This document shows, in pieces, positions 9,033-19,160 of a DNA stretch of 64,000 nucleotides. Position 1 is the first letter of the stretch; each line of letters begins with the position of its first letter. The translations under genes were made by a program, and so were the position numbers. The stretch comes from Alloprevotella sp. (GTDB lineage Bacteria > Bacteroidota > Bacteroidia > Bacteroidales > Bacteroidaceae): contig JAFVDF010000003.1 in assembly GCA_017478625.1 (NCBI GenBank), positions 4,279 to 68,278 on the forward strand, given 5' to 3'. Under the pieces are notes generated by a model, which saw only the letters and a program-made list of their open reading frames with translations, was not told the DNA's origin and did not search any database.

Positions 9033-10229
9033 CTATAACAATTCCAATATCATTTTGTTAGCTTTATCGACCACCGACGTTTCCAGCGAAGCGAGGTAGA
9101 TTTGTGTTGTTGCCTCTGAATCGTGTCCCATGCCTTCACAGATGACTGACAGAGGAACATTCTTCGCCTTGGCTACACTTGCCCAGGAGTGACGGGCCAC
9201 GTACATTGTTAGCGGTCGCTGAAGTTTAAGCATCGTAGAAAGCTCTTTCAAATGATAGTTCACCAAGTGGAGGGCATTGTCATATTGCTTCCGCTCATTG
9301 CCTTGTTTTTTGATGATAGGGAGAAGAAAGTCTGTTTGGTTTTCAGGATATTTGGTTATGATTTCAGCCATGCACTTCTCCCATTTGATGGTCAATTGTT
9401 GTCCTGTCTTTCTTCTCCGATAGGTCAAGATGCCATTCTTCAAATCCGCCTTTTTGAGATAAGCTATATCCACGAAGGACATTCCTCTTGTATAGAAACT
9501 GAAAAGGAACATATCTCGTGCAAAGTCTAATGTTGGTTTCAAGGATAAATCAAGTTCCTTCAAGGCTTTGATAGCCTTGATAGGTATAGCTCGCTTTACC
9601 GTCTTGTCCACTCCTGTATAGACGTGATGAAAGGGATTGTTCTGTGGAGTCAGGCCTTTTTCCACGGCACGGTTATACACCGCCCGAAGGTTACGCATAT
9701 AGAACGATATGGTATTCATGCGTACATCTCTGGCTTTCAAGTGAGCTTCGTAAAGAAGCATCAGATCTGAACTGATGCCGTCCAGTGGTACATCCTGTTC
9801 CTCTCGGAATGCCATGAAACTTTTGAGCGTAGCAGTATAGGTTTCGGAGGTCCGCACCTTGCCCAACTGCTTCAGCTGTGCTATGACTCCATGCATAAAG
9901 GTAAATAGGGAGGACTCCTTGGTCAGTTTATGAAACATGGTAATTACATCGTCTGCCGTAAAACGGTGACGTTTCATCTCCAACGTGCGGACAACTTTTC
10001 CCCAACGTGCTATATCCCAGGATAAGCGTTCCTGAATGCCGAGTAGGTAGTTGGGGCGCTTACCATTTACGATAACGCTTTCTGACTCTGCATCCCATTC
10101 CTCTGCAAAGACCTTATAATTCGTATTCAACTGACGGACAACTCGCTTATGAATAATCTGGAAATAGAGAACCCCCTCCTTACCATCCACAGTGGATGGT
10201 CGAAATTTTACTTTTATTGATGTCATCAT
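9033..10229 (-). CDS. Tyrosine recombinase/integrase (Bacteroidales Arm-DNA-binding + SAM-like + catalytic type)
   Basis: 398 aa. RGMSFVD, YRRRKT, YVARHSWA and GHDSEATTQIY catalytic motifs; N-terminal IKVKFRPST...YFQIIH. Confidence 0.92.
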   Translation of the reverse strand: MMTSIKVKFRPSTVDGKEGVLYFQIIHKRVVRQLNTNYKVFAEEWDAESESVIVNGKRPNYLLGIQERLSWDIARWGKVVRTLEMKRHRFTADDVITMFHKLTKESSLFTFMHGVIAQLKQLGKVRTSETYTATLKSFMAFREEQDVPLDGISSDLMLLYEAHLKARDVRMNTISFYMRNLRAVYNRAVEKGLTPQNNPFHHVYTGVDKTVKRAIPIKAIKALKELDLSLKPTLDFARDMFLFSFYTRGMSFVDIAYLKKADLKNGILTYRRRKTGQQLTIKWEKCMAEIITKYPENQTDFLLPIIKKQGNERKQYDNALHLVNYHLKELSTMLKLQRPLTMYVARHSWASVAKAKNVPLSVICEGMGHDSEATTQIYLASLETSVVDKANKMILELL

Positions 10230-10272
10230 ATTTTTATTCTTCTAATATTGTCTATGGGACGATGTCATGCCC

Positions 10273-10468
10273 TAAGCTGTTTCTTCTTTGTGCCATACCA
10301 ATTGGAGAACTTCAATTAATGACATGCAGAATACCTAGTTGCTTCTATTAGTTGAGTAAGCTGATAAATGCTTATGACATACGCAAAAACGCTCTGTAAC
10401 GTAACTCTATTGTAGAGCTCAGGCGTAAAGTCTATTATTTCGGTTATGTGAATTATGACAAAGAAATA
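10273..10468 (-). pseudogene. Degenerate small ORF upstream of the recombinase
   Basis: Minus strand reads YFFVIIHITE...AYVISIYQLTQLIEATRYS, then an apparent frameshift. It resembles, from memory only, a small conserved gene upstream of this recombinase family. Confidence 0.3.
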
Positions 10469-10956
10469 CTAACCAACGTTCTGATTTACCCAATGACGAA
10501 CTAAGACCGGCGTATGAAGAAGGTCGTGAGAATATGCTAGAGAGTAGCATATATGTTATCTTGAGTATCAGAGACTTACGGAGATGTTGGAAACCTTCAA
10601 GAAAAACTTCAAATAATAGGGACTGTTCAAAAGCAAGTCTAGGTTGAAAACATTTGTATTCTCATTTTTCCTAAAATCTCTACTATAATTTTGAATACCC
10701 TTAATGTAAATTTGCCGTAGAATTAAGGGTAAAGTCTGTAACGATGAGAGGGTGGGGAACCTGACAAACAAATATGTCTGGGGAATAGAAACAAGTTATC
10801 GCACAATGAGGATTGCGTGTAAGAAGACCGACTCGGTCTTTGGAAAATAGTATAGAGAGGCTGTTTAACGCAATGTTTTTCGTAAATTCGCTCAACCAAT
10901 ATTAAGCCCAAATCCATAACAGGCTGTAACGGCCACTTGAAGAATTTTGTTGCATA

Positions 10957-13752
10957 ATGCAGTTCAACGATATGACTTTTTTAGAAGCAGTAGCAAAGGA
11001 TCTATTTCAGAAAAATGGTGGCCCAGATTTCAGTCGCTACATAGTAGTGTTTCCCAATAAACGTGCGGCCGCGTTTTTTAACGAGTATCTCTATCGTCAA
11101 GTGGGAGGTGTTGTTTGGGCGCCACAGTATTTATCCATTGAAGACCTTTTTATATCGTTGTCTGATTATTTTCTTGTAGATCCGATTGAGGCTGTATGTC
11201 GATTGTACAAGATCTTTCAGCGTCATGTCAATTCGGGAGAGACGTTGGACCTGTTTTGGCCCTGGGGCGAGCAACTCCTGTCAGACTTTGATGATATTGA
11301 CAAGAAACTACCCCTTGCCTTTAGCGCGGAGAGTCTGTTGCAGAATGTGAAAGACCTGCACGAATTGGATATTTTTGACTACCTTTCAGCAGAACAAAAG
11401 GAGGCACTACTTACCGTAAGCCGTAACAGTAGCGAAGAATCGTCTTTTGTACAGAAGCGTTTTGGCAAGTTATGGCAAGCCTTATATCCTATCTACAGAG
11501 ACTTCAATGAAGAGCTTGCATCAGAGGGACTGGCTTATGCTGGTGCTTTGCAACGGCGGGTTGTGAAAGAGTTGCCTACCAGAGGGGACCTTTCACGCAG
11601 ATTTGTCTTTGTTGGATTTAATATCTTGACTCTGGTTGAGCGCCAACTTTTTGAGGAGATGAAGAAACGTGACTGGGCACTTTTCTATTGGGATTATGAC
11701 AGTTACTATGTGGACGAAGAACGCCATTTGGAGGCAGGTGGAGCGATGCGCGACAATCTTCGAGATTTCCCCAACGCGCTTCCCCGCGACTTCTTCAATA
11801 GTTTTGGCCAGCCAAAAGATTTGGAAATCGTACAAGCCAATACAGAGAATGTGCAGGCCTATTATGTACCCACTTGGGTAAAGGAGAACTTGACGCAGTA
11901 CGATCATCGAAAAACGGCGGTAGTGCTCTGTAATGAAAACTTGCTTGAGAGTGTTATTCATGCCCTTCCCTCAGCAGAAGTCTCCGATGTGAATCTGACA
12001 AAAGGTTATCCCGTTAGTCGTACACGAGCCTATCAAGTGCTGGAGGATAGTTTTGACGAAATAAAACTGGAAGAATCCACAACATCGGAAGTGCTTCAAC
12101 TACTGATGAAGAAAGTCTTGATGGAGGCATGTGAAAGCCAGATTTTACTTGAAGCCTATGAGACCCAATCGGATGAAGACGATATACCAGCTTCTGCCGT
12201 AGAGTCCTCGTCACAGGAAGATAGGGCTCGGGCCTATGATAAGTTTATTGACCTGCTCAATGCAGAAGCCCTGTTTCATATCTATACTACGCTCAATCGT
12301 CTCTGTACGCTTGTAGAGAAAGGCCTGTTGGAAATACAGGTAAATACTTTGCATCAACTTCTCCGGCAGATGCTTTTAGCACAGACTATACCTTTTGAGG
12401 GTGATCCGCTTATTGGGGTACAGATTATGGGCCTGTTGGAGACGCGTTGTCTGGACTTTGACCATATTCTGATGCTCTCGTGTAATGAAACGTACTTACC
12501 TCAGGCTAAGACGGCGGATTCGTTCATCCCTTACCTGTTGCGTAAGGCCTATGGCTTAACACTACCGGAGCAAAAGACCGCGGCCACATCCTACCATTTC
12601 TATAGGCTCATTCAGCGGGCTAAGAAAGTGACCTTTGTCTATAACAGCTCAGATGCCAACTCGCAACCTAGCGACCGTTCGCGCTATCTGTTGCAGCTGT
12701 TGCTCAGTAGGGCGCACCCCATCAAGCAACTTGCGCTCGTTAATAATACACAGAAACAACGGGAGGTAACTCGGGTTTATCAGAAACCGGCCGATCTTTA
12801 TTCGCACCTGCTTTGCACAGACCACAAGGAAAGGCCCTATATATCGCCGTCTTCTCTTAATCGTTTTTTATCGTGTCCGCTTGAGTTCTACTATCATGAT
12901 GTGGCTAAATTAAGGCAGGAAGAATTGACGGAGGATGATATAGATGGTCGTGTGTTCGGCAATCTGTTCCATCTTGTGGCTCAGACTTTTTATAAATCTC
13001 TTCTGCTCGGTCTGTCGCCCCAAGATGCAGCTCAGTTAGAGCAGACTTGGATAGATTTACCCGTAGATAATGCTCTATTGCGCCAACGAATGGGCGACCA
13101 CGACTTTATCCACAAAATTATTGACGTGGCTATTGAAAAAGAAGGTGCCACAAACGATATTTTGGTAAGGGAGGTGCTCCGGCGCCAACTGGATATCTTA
13201 TTGCGTGAAGATGCAAAATTGAGTAACCTGCGTATTCTAGGTCTTGAACATCTTCTGACCAAGCCTTATAAGGTACATTATCTGGGACAGGACTACGAAG
13301 TACCCGTGGGCGGTATTATTGACCGTTTAGATTCTTATGAACAGTCTGATGGCAGACGCGTAGTTCGTATCTTGGATTATAAGACCGGACGCAATGTCCA
13401 AAAGGCAAAAAATATAGAAAGTATGTTCTCGGAAAGGGGGGAGGACAATCGGCCGAAATACTTTTTCCAGATTTTCCTGTATGGCTTGATAGCAAAAGAA
13501 CAAATTGCCAAAGGCGCACCAGTGAGTGTACAATTATTCCATCCCTATAGGAAAAACCATTATTTTATAGGCTATGGAAATGAGCCCTATATTATTTCAG
13601 ACGATGAATTTAAGCAATACGATGAAATGCTACTGGATTTGTTGGATCATCGTATCTTCAATTCAGAAAAGCCGTTTATGGAACCTGAAAAAGTTAGTGC
13701 GTGTCAGTATTGCGATTTTCGCATACTCTGTCAAAAGGAGATGCACAGATAG
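10957..13752 (+). CDS. PD-(D/E)XK nuclease family protein, AddB/RexB-like (inactive helicase + Fe-S nuclease)
   Basis: 931 aa. VVFPNKRA, SPSSLNRFLSCP, GIIDRLD, ILDYKTG and terminal CQYCDFRILC. Confidence 0.85.
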   Translation: MQFNDMTFLEAVAKDLFQKNGGPDFSRYIVVFPNKRAAAFFNEYLYRQVGGVVWAPQYLSIEDLFISLSDYFLVDPIEAVCRLYKIFQRHVNSGETLDLFWPWGEQLLSDFDDIDKKLPLAFSAESLLQNVKDLHELDIFDYLSAEQKEALLTVSRNSSEESSFVQKRFGKLWQALYPIYRDFNEELASEGLAYAGALQRRVVKELPTRGDLSRRFVFVGFNILTLVERQLFEEMKKRDWALFYWDYDSYYVDEERHLEAGGAMRDNLRDFPNALPRDFFNSFGQPKDLEIVQANTENVQAYYVPTWVKENLTQYDHRKTAVVLCNENLLESVIHALPSAEVSDVNLTKGYPVSRTRAYQVLEDSFDEIKLEESTTSEVLQLLMKKVLMEACESQILLEAYETQSDEDDIPASAVESSSQEDRARAYDKFIDLLNAEALFHIYTTLNRLCTLVEKGLLEIQVNTLHQLLRQMLLAQTIPFEGDPLIGVQIMGLLETRCLDFDHILMLSCNETYLPQAKTADSFIPYLLRKAYGLTLPEQKTAATSYHFYRLIQRAKKVTFVYNSSDANSQPSDRSRYLLQLLLSRAHPIKQLALVNNTQKQREVTRVYQKPADLYSHLLCTDHKERPYISPSSLNRFLSCPLEFYYHDVAKLRQEELTEDDIDGRVFGNLFHLVAQTFYKSLLLGLSPQDAAQLEQTWIDLPVDNALLRQRMGDHDFIHKIIDVAIEKEGATNDILVREVLRRQLDILLREDAKLSNLRILGLEHLLTKPYKVHYLGQDYEVPVGGIIDRLDSYEQSDGRRVVRILDYKTGRNVQKAKNIESMFSERGEDNRPKYFFQIFLYGLIAKEQIAKGAPVSVQLFHPYRKNHYFIGYGNEPYIISDDEFKQYDEMLLDLLDHRIFNSEKPFMEPEKVSACQYCDFRILCQKEMHR

Positions 13753-13928
13753 GGTAGGAGGCAATGGATAAATTTACAGGCAATACCAGCCTGTACCATT
13801 CGTGTGTCTATAGGTAGCCTATGGCCTGTTGGGGGATATGGTACAATGACAGGAGAAATTGTTTGGTTTATGCTGTCGAAATATTGTTCTGTTTTTCCGA
13901 TTCCCGAACGGTTTTATCAGATAGTTTA

Positions 13929-13936
13929 TATTTTTG
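13929..13936 (+). promoter_or_regulatory. -7 promoter element of the efflux operon
   Basis: TATTTTTG (TAnnTTTG) 35 bp upstream of the likely TolC start. Confidence 0.45.
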
Positions 13937-13970
13937 CCTTCCAACAAATAGAGTACAGATTGACAGAACA

Positions 13971-15461
13971 ATGAAAATGATAAAGAGAATAATAGTTGTG
14001 GCTTGCTTGCTGTTCGCGGGAGTTCAGGGCATTAATGCACAACAGCTTCTTACGCTCGACAATTGTCGCAGTATGGCCTTACAAAATAATAAGGCACTCC
14101 AACAAAGTCGCGCCAAGCAGGACGTAGCCCATTATACCCACAGCGCTGCCACTACAAACTATCTGCCGAAAGTTTCGCTTACGGCAGGATATATCTTGTC
14201 AGGAAAAGAAGTGTCCATTCTTAGTGACAATCAGAAAAATGCACTGAATAATATGGGTACAAACCTATCGGGCACACTGACACAATCAATGCAACAGATT
14301 ATTGCACGTTATCCAGAGTTTTCCAACTTATTACCTGTGCTGCAAGGACCGTTGCAGAGCGCGAGTGAAGCTTTAAATCAATTCGGCGCGACCGTAACCG
14401 ATGCATTTAGAACAGACACTCGCAATATGGCCGCCGGCGCGATCTTGCTTAAACAGCCCCTGTATATGGGTGGAAAGATTCGGGCGTATGACAAGATAAC
14501 GCGCTATAACGAGGATCTTAGCACCCTGCAGACACGTACCGACGAACAGGAGACTATCTTAGAGGTGGATCAGGCTTACTGGCAGGTTGTTTCTTTGTCG
14601 CATAGAAAAAAACTTGCAGAGAGTTATCTGGCCACTTTGCAGAGACTAGATAATGATGTAAATAAGCTGTTGGCAGAGGGATTTGCCACGCGTGCTGATG
14701 AGTTGCAGGTATCTGTCAAGTTGAATGAGGCAGAAATGTTGCTGGCCAAGGTCGATGACGGACTGGTACTATCTAGAATGTTGTTGTGCCAACTTTGTGG
14801 CTTATCAATGGACGAAGAAGTCCTCTTGCAGGAAGAACTTTCTGAGGAAATACCCGTTACCCCGCAGACAGATAGCAATGCGGATGTTAATCTCGCCTAT
14901 GCCTATCGTCCAGAGGTTTCGATGTTGGAAACAGCGAATCAGATATATAGTGAGAAAGTCCGTCTTGTGCGGTCAGATTTCCTCCCTCACCTTGCTTTTG
15001 TCGGAGGTTATACGATGTCATACCCATCCGTTTACAATTCTTTTGAGAAAAAGGTACGAGGGGATTGGCATGTGGGCTTAATGCTTTCAGTTCCAATCTG
15101 GAATTGGGGAGAAGGTCGTTATAAAGTCCGTGCAACGCAAGCAGAACAGAGGATAAACGCGCTGAAACTGGAGGATGTGCGAGAAAAAATTAATCTGCAG
15201 GTCTCGCAGTCTAAATTTAGGGTTACAGAGGCTTATAAAAAGCTTACTTTGGCCACGAAAAGTCAGTCGAAGGCCCAGGAGAATCTGCGTATAGCTACCT
15301 TAGGCTATCAAGAAGGTGTGATTCCGGTGTCTGATGTCCTATTGGCCGAGACAGCTTGGCTTGAGGCCCATAGCAATAAGATAGATGCCGAGATAGAAAT
15401 TCTCTTGGCTAAGACACATTTGGAAAAGAGTTTAGGAATATTGAATAATCATGGAAAATAA
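13971..15461 (+). CDS. TolC family outer membrane efflux protein
   Basis: Signal peptide MKMIKRIIVVACLLFAG; OEP repeats (QPLYMGG, SVPIWNWG). Start moved from 13821 to ATG 13971. Confidence 0.88.
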   Translation: MKMIKRIIVVACLLFAGVQGINAQQLLTLDNCRSMALQNNKALQQSRAKQDVAHYTHSAATTNYLPKVSLTAGYILSGKEVSILSDNQKNALNNMGTNLSGTLTQSMQQIIARYPEFSNLLPVLQGPLQSASEALNQFGATVTDAFRTDTRNMAAGAILLKQPLYMGGKIRAYDKITRYNEDLSTLQTRTDEQETILEVDQAYWQVVSLSHRKKLAESYLATLQRLDNDVNKLLAEGFATRADELQVSVKLNEAEMLLAKVDDGLVLSRMLLCQLCGLSMDEEVLLQEELSEEIPVTPQTDSNADVNLAYAYRPEVSMLETANQIYSEKVRLVRSDFLPHLAFVGGYTMSYPSVYNSFEKKVRGDWHVGLMLSVPIWNWGEGRYKVRATQAEQRINALKLEDVREKINLQVSQSKFRVTEAYKKLTLATKSQSKAQENLRIATLGYQEGVIPVSDVLLAETAWLEAHSNKIDAEIEILLAKTHLEKSLGILNNHGK

Positions 15462-16476
15462 TCAGATAAATATGCCCGAAGATAAGGTTAGTAAACAGAC
15501 AAAGAAGAATATCAGTCCGTTCCCAGCACTATTGCTGTTCTTGCTCGTTATAGCAGCAGTAGCTGTCGTAAGTATTTTTGCATTCAAATCAGACACGGAG
15601 ACCATTCAGGGCGAGGTAGATGTGGATGAATACCGCGTTTCGAGTAAAGTGCCGGCCCGTGTTTTGGAGATAAAAGTCAAGGAGGGTGATTACGTCCATA
15701 AGGGAGACACGCTGGTTCTCCTTGAAGCTCCCGATGTGGATGCTAAATTGGCTCAGGCAGAAGCCGCACGTGTTGCTGCTGACGCACAAAATGAGAAGGC
15801 AGAGAATGGGGCACGAAGAGAAGAGGTTCAAGGGGCCTACGATATGTGGCAAAAAGCCAAGGCCGGTTCGGAAATTGCAGAAAAGACTTATCAGCGCGTC
15901 CAGCGACTGGCTTCAGAAGGAGTGCTCTCTCAACAAAAATTGGACGAAGCAAAGGCGCAACGTGATGCAGCCGTAGCTACCGAAAAGGCAGCCAAGTCGC
16001 AATATGATATGGCTGTGTCTGGTGCGCGAAGAGAAGATAAGAAAGCAGCACAGGCTTTGGTAGAACGGGCGCGTGGCGTAGTCAGCGAAGTAAATTCCTA
16101 TATTGACGAGACCGTGTTGATAGCCTCTGCCGATGGAGAAGTGACGGACATCTTTCCGAAAGTGGGAGAACTGGTAGGAACAGGCGCCCCAATCATGAAT
16201 GTGGCGATTATGACCGAAATGTGGGTTTCTTTCAATGTCAGAGAAGATTATCTGGCAAGATTTTCTATGGGACAAGCTGTCAAGGTAGATATTCCTGCAC
16301 TTGGATTGGAGGATCAGGAATTGACGGTGTATTATATGAAAGATTTGGGCAGTTATGCGTCCTGGAAAGCCACAAAGACTACCGGCCAGTTTGATATGAA
16401 AACATTCGAAGTTAAAGGTCGGTTTAAATCTGCTCCCGAAGGTTTGCGTCCAGGAATGAGTGTCTTACTAAAATAA
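15451..16476 (+). CDS. HlyD family efflux periplasmic adaptor
   Basis: N-terminal TM, lipoyl-like SSKVPARV..VKEGDYV, coiled hairpin, and C-terminal LRPGMSV. Confidence 0.9.
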   Translation: MENNQINMPEDKVSKQTKKNISPFPALLLFLLVIAAVAVVSIFAFKSDTETIQGEVDVDEYRVSSKVPARVLEIKVKEGDYVHKGDTLVLLEAPDVDAKLAQAEAARVAADAQNEKAENGARREEVQGAYDMWQKAKAGSEIAEKTYQRVQRLASEGVLSQQKLDEAKAQRDAAVATEKAAKSQYDMAVSGARREDKKAAQALVERARGVVSEVNSYIDETVLIASADGEVTDIFPKVGELVGTGAPIMNVAIMTEMWVSFNVREDYLARFSMGQAVKVDIPALGLEDQELTVYYMKDLGSYASWKATKTTGQFDMKTFEVKGRFKSAPEGLRPGMSVLLK

Positions 16477-16506
16477 GAGTGTACTCTCTATCTATTTTTC
16501 TAATCA

Positions 16507-17694
16507 ATGGTTTCTGCGCAAGGGCGTAATAACGATACGGGCTTTTGGAATATTGTCAGGCGAGAGTTTCGCAGGGTAATACATGACCCTGTGTATGGTT
16601 TCTGTCTGGTCATAGCCCCCATTTTCTGTCTCGTGTTTTTTACTACCCTTATGGGGAAAGGCCTGCCAACCGACTTGCCGGCTGGGGTGGTAGATTTGGA
16701 CAACACTACTACTACTCGAATGGTAGCCCGCAACTTGGATGCATTCGAGCAAACTAAGGTCGTAGCCCACTATGCCAATGTGACCGAGGCACGCAGAGCG
16801 ATGCAACGAGGAGAAATCTATGCCTATTTTTATATACCTAAGGGCACGACGGAAAAAGTAAATCGGCAAGAGTCTCCGACCGTATCGTTCTATACGAATA
16901 ATACCTTTCTCGTAGCGGGTTCCCTATTGGGTAAGGATATGCGAATGATGGCCGAGTTGGCTTCAGGCGCCGCCGGTCGGACGGTATTACGCGCAAAGGG
17001 AGCTACAGAGTCGCAAATGATGGCCTTCTTACAGCCTATAGTTATAGAAACGCACCCGATTGGAAATCCGTGGATCAATTATAATGTATATCTGTCCAAT
17101 ATCTTGATACCAGGCATCTTGGGCATCTTCCTGTTTATGCTGACGGTCTATACCATTGGCTTGGAAATAAAATGGGGTACGGGGCGAGAACTTATGGCTT
17201 TGGCAGAAGACAATATCTTCAAGGCCGTGACAGCTAAGTTACTCCTACAGACCATTTTCTTCCTTACTGTAGGATTTCTCATTATGGTATATCTCTATGC
17301 GATATTGCATTTTCCATGCTACGGCGGTTTGTGGCGGATGCTTATAATTATGGCGCTGTATGTCTTAGCCTGTGAAGGGATGGGGCTATTTATGCTGATT
17401 GTCTTGCCCACGTTGCGACTCGGTCTGAGTTTTGCATCACTTTGGGGGGTAATCTCATTTAGCATTTGCGGTATGTCGTATCCCGTCATAGCTATGGATG
17501 GCTGGATACAGGGACTTAGTCTGCTTTTTCCGCTCCGCCATTATTATTTGTTGTATGTGAATACGGCTTTAGACGGTTATGCCTTGTCCAATGCATGGCC
17601 GTATGTGATGGCTTTTGTAGGATTTATTTTGCTACCCGTACTTTTTGTCGGACGATTGAAGAATATAATCAAAAATATGGAGTATATCCCGTAG
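16507..17694 (+). CDS. ABC-2 type transporter permease
   Basis: N-terminal TM, periplasmic VVDLDNT domain, six C-terminal TMs. Confidence 0.85.
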   Translation: MVSAQGRNNDTGFWNIVRREFRRVIHDPVYGFCLVIAPIFCLVFFTTLMGKGLPTDLPAGVVDLDNTTTTRMVARNLDAFEQTKVVAHYANVTEARRAMQRGEIYAYFYIPKGTTEKVNRQESPTVSFYTNNTFLVAGSLLGKDMRMMAELASGAAGRTVLRAKGATESQMMAFLQPIVIETHPIGNPWINYNVYLSNILIPGILGIFLFMLTVYTIGLEIKWGTGRELMALAEDNIFKAVTAKLLLQTIFFLTVGFLIMVYLYAILHFPCYGGLWRMLIIMALYVLACEGMGLFMLIVLPTLRLGLSFASLWGVISFSICGMSYPVIAMDGWIQGLSLLFPLRHYYLLYVNTALDGYALSNAWPYVMAFVGFILLPVLFVGRLKNIIKNMEYIP

Positions 17695-17697
17695 AAG

Positions 17698-18906
17698 ATG
17701 AATAGGCTGAAAACATACATACGCGAAGGATGGCGCGATTGGAATTATATATTCCGTCGAGAGATGCACACTATCTTCCACGACGATGCGCTACTCATCT
17801 TCTTTGTGCTTGTACCCCTGTTGTACCCCATACTTTATGCTCTGATTTATAATAACGAGACCACCCGAGAGGTTCCAGTCGTAGTGATAGACCAGAGCCA
17901 TTCCTCCATGAGTCGCGACTATCTACGCCGACTAAGCGCCACGCCCGATGTGCGCATAGTTTCCTATGCTACAGATATGGAGGAGGCAAAGACACGTATC
18001 AAGAAGCGCGATGCTTATGGTATTGTGTTTATACCTAACACTTTTGCCCACGACCTTGTCAATATGCAGCAGGCCCATGTCTCTATCTATGTAGATATGG
18101 GAGGCTTGCTCTATTATAAGGCCATGCTCTTGGCCAACACAGAGGTATCGTTGGAGATGAATAAGGAGATAAAACTCAGCCGACAATCCATAGGACAGAC
18201 CCGTGCGCAGGAGTTGGCCACTACCAGCCCGATACAATATGAGCAGGTCACAATCTATAATCCAGCCTCAGGCTTTGCACAGTTTCTTATTCCTGCAGTT
18301 ATGCTCCTTTTGCTTCAGCAGACGCTCGTCCTTGGTATTTGCCTCGCGGCAGGCACAGAGCGTGAGCGAGGATTACAGTATCAACTTTTGCCAGTGCATA
18401 GCCATCACCACGGACTCATCCGTATTGTTACGGGAAAGGGGGCGGCCTATCTCACACTCTATATTTGGAATGTAGTATATTGCCTTGGTCTGATACCCAA
18501 AATCTTTCATTTACCCCAGTTAGGTACAGCACCTGAGATATGGGCTATTGCCATTCCGTTCCTTTTGGCTGCTACGCTTTTCGGCATGACCATCAGCGGA
18601 CTGATTCGACATAGGGAAAATTGCCTTATGATAATTGTGTTTTCCAGTGTGCCCTTGCTGTTCTTGTCTGGCATCAGTTGGCCTTGGTATGCCATACCTG
18701 AATTCTGGCGTACCTTTGCCTGTCTGTTTCCTTCAACCTTTGGTGTGCAGGCTTATATAAAGATAAACAATTTGGGAGCATCACTCTCGGAGGTACAGAC
18801 AGAGTTTCTGGCACTATGGGGCCAAGTGTTTTTCTACACATTTACGACTATCTTTACCTACTATAGAGGTCTGCTCTCCTTCCGTAAGAAAAGGAATGAG
18901 GCGTAA
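17698..18906 (+). CDS. ABC-2 type transporter permease
   Basis: Paralogous architecture (VVIDQSHS, FLSGISWP..IP); coupled to the previous gene. Confidence 0.85.
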   Translation: MNRLKTYIREGWRDWNYIFRREMHTIFHDDALLIFFVLVPLLYPILYALIYNNETTREVPVVVIDQSHSSMSRDYLRRLSATPDVRIVSYATDMEEAKTRIKKRDAYGIVFIPNTFAHDLVNMQQAHVSIYVDMGGLLYYKAMLLANTEVSLEMNKEIKLSRQSIGQTRAQELATTSPIQYEQVTIYNPASGFAQFLIPAVMLLLLQQTLVLGICLAAGTERERGLQYQLLPVHSHHHGLIRIVTGKGAAYLTLYIWNVVYCLGLIPKIFHLPQLGTAPEIWAIAIPFLLAATLFGMTISGLIRHRENCLMIIVFSSVPLLFLSGISWPWYAIPEFWRTFACLFPSTFGVQAYIKINNLGASLSEVQTEFLALWGQVFFYTFTTIFTYYRGLLSFRKKRNEA

Positions 18907-18982
18907 TATCTTGTAATCCTACATCTCTATTCTTTTTATCTCTTCACCTATTCTATCTGATAGTTGGAAGATGCTTTTCTCC

Positions 18983-19041
18983 ATTTCACAGTGTGAAATG
19001 GAAAGTTCACACTGTGAAATCTGTATTTCACGCTGTGAACT
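18983..19041. repeat. Intergenic 3x21-bp palindromic repeat, copy 1
   Basis: ATTTCACAGTGTGAAAT (18983), AGTTCACACTGTGAAAT (19004), ATTTCACGCTGTGAACT (19025). Confidence 0.85.
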
Positions 19042-19160
19042 GAAAAAAAGAACGGTTGAATTTTTTGAGCGTATAACCCGATTTTGTCAAAGTTTTATGC
19101 CACCTTTGTATAAGATTAGACAAGAGTCTGACAAGTGTTTTTCTTCAAACAAATTTAGGT

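Larger units (their letters stand above)
1..10895. mobile_element. Right part of an accessory genomic island carrying defence genes and a tyrosine recombinase
   Basis: Tyrosine recombinase, RM-like/helicase genes and AT-rich hypothetical genes precede core housekeeping genes. The left end is outside the window and the right boundary is approximate. Confidence 0.5.

Noticed and set aside
18983-19041. Repeats as canonical parS or CRP sites
   Set aside because: parS has no 3-bp central insert, and the TGTGA..TCACA spacing across units is 10 bp, not the 6 bp of CRP sites.
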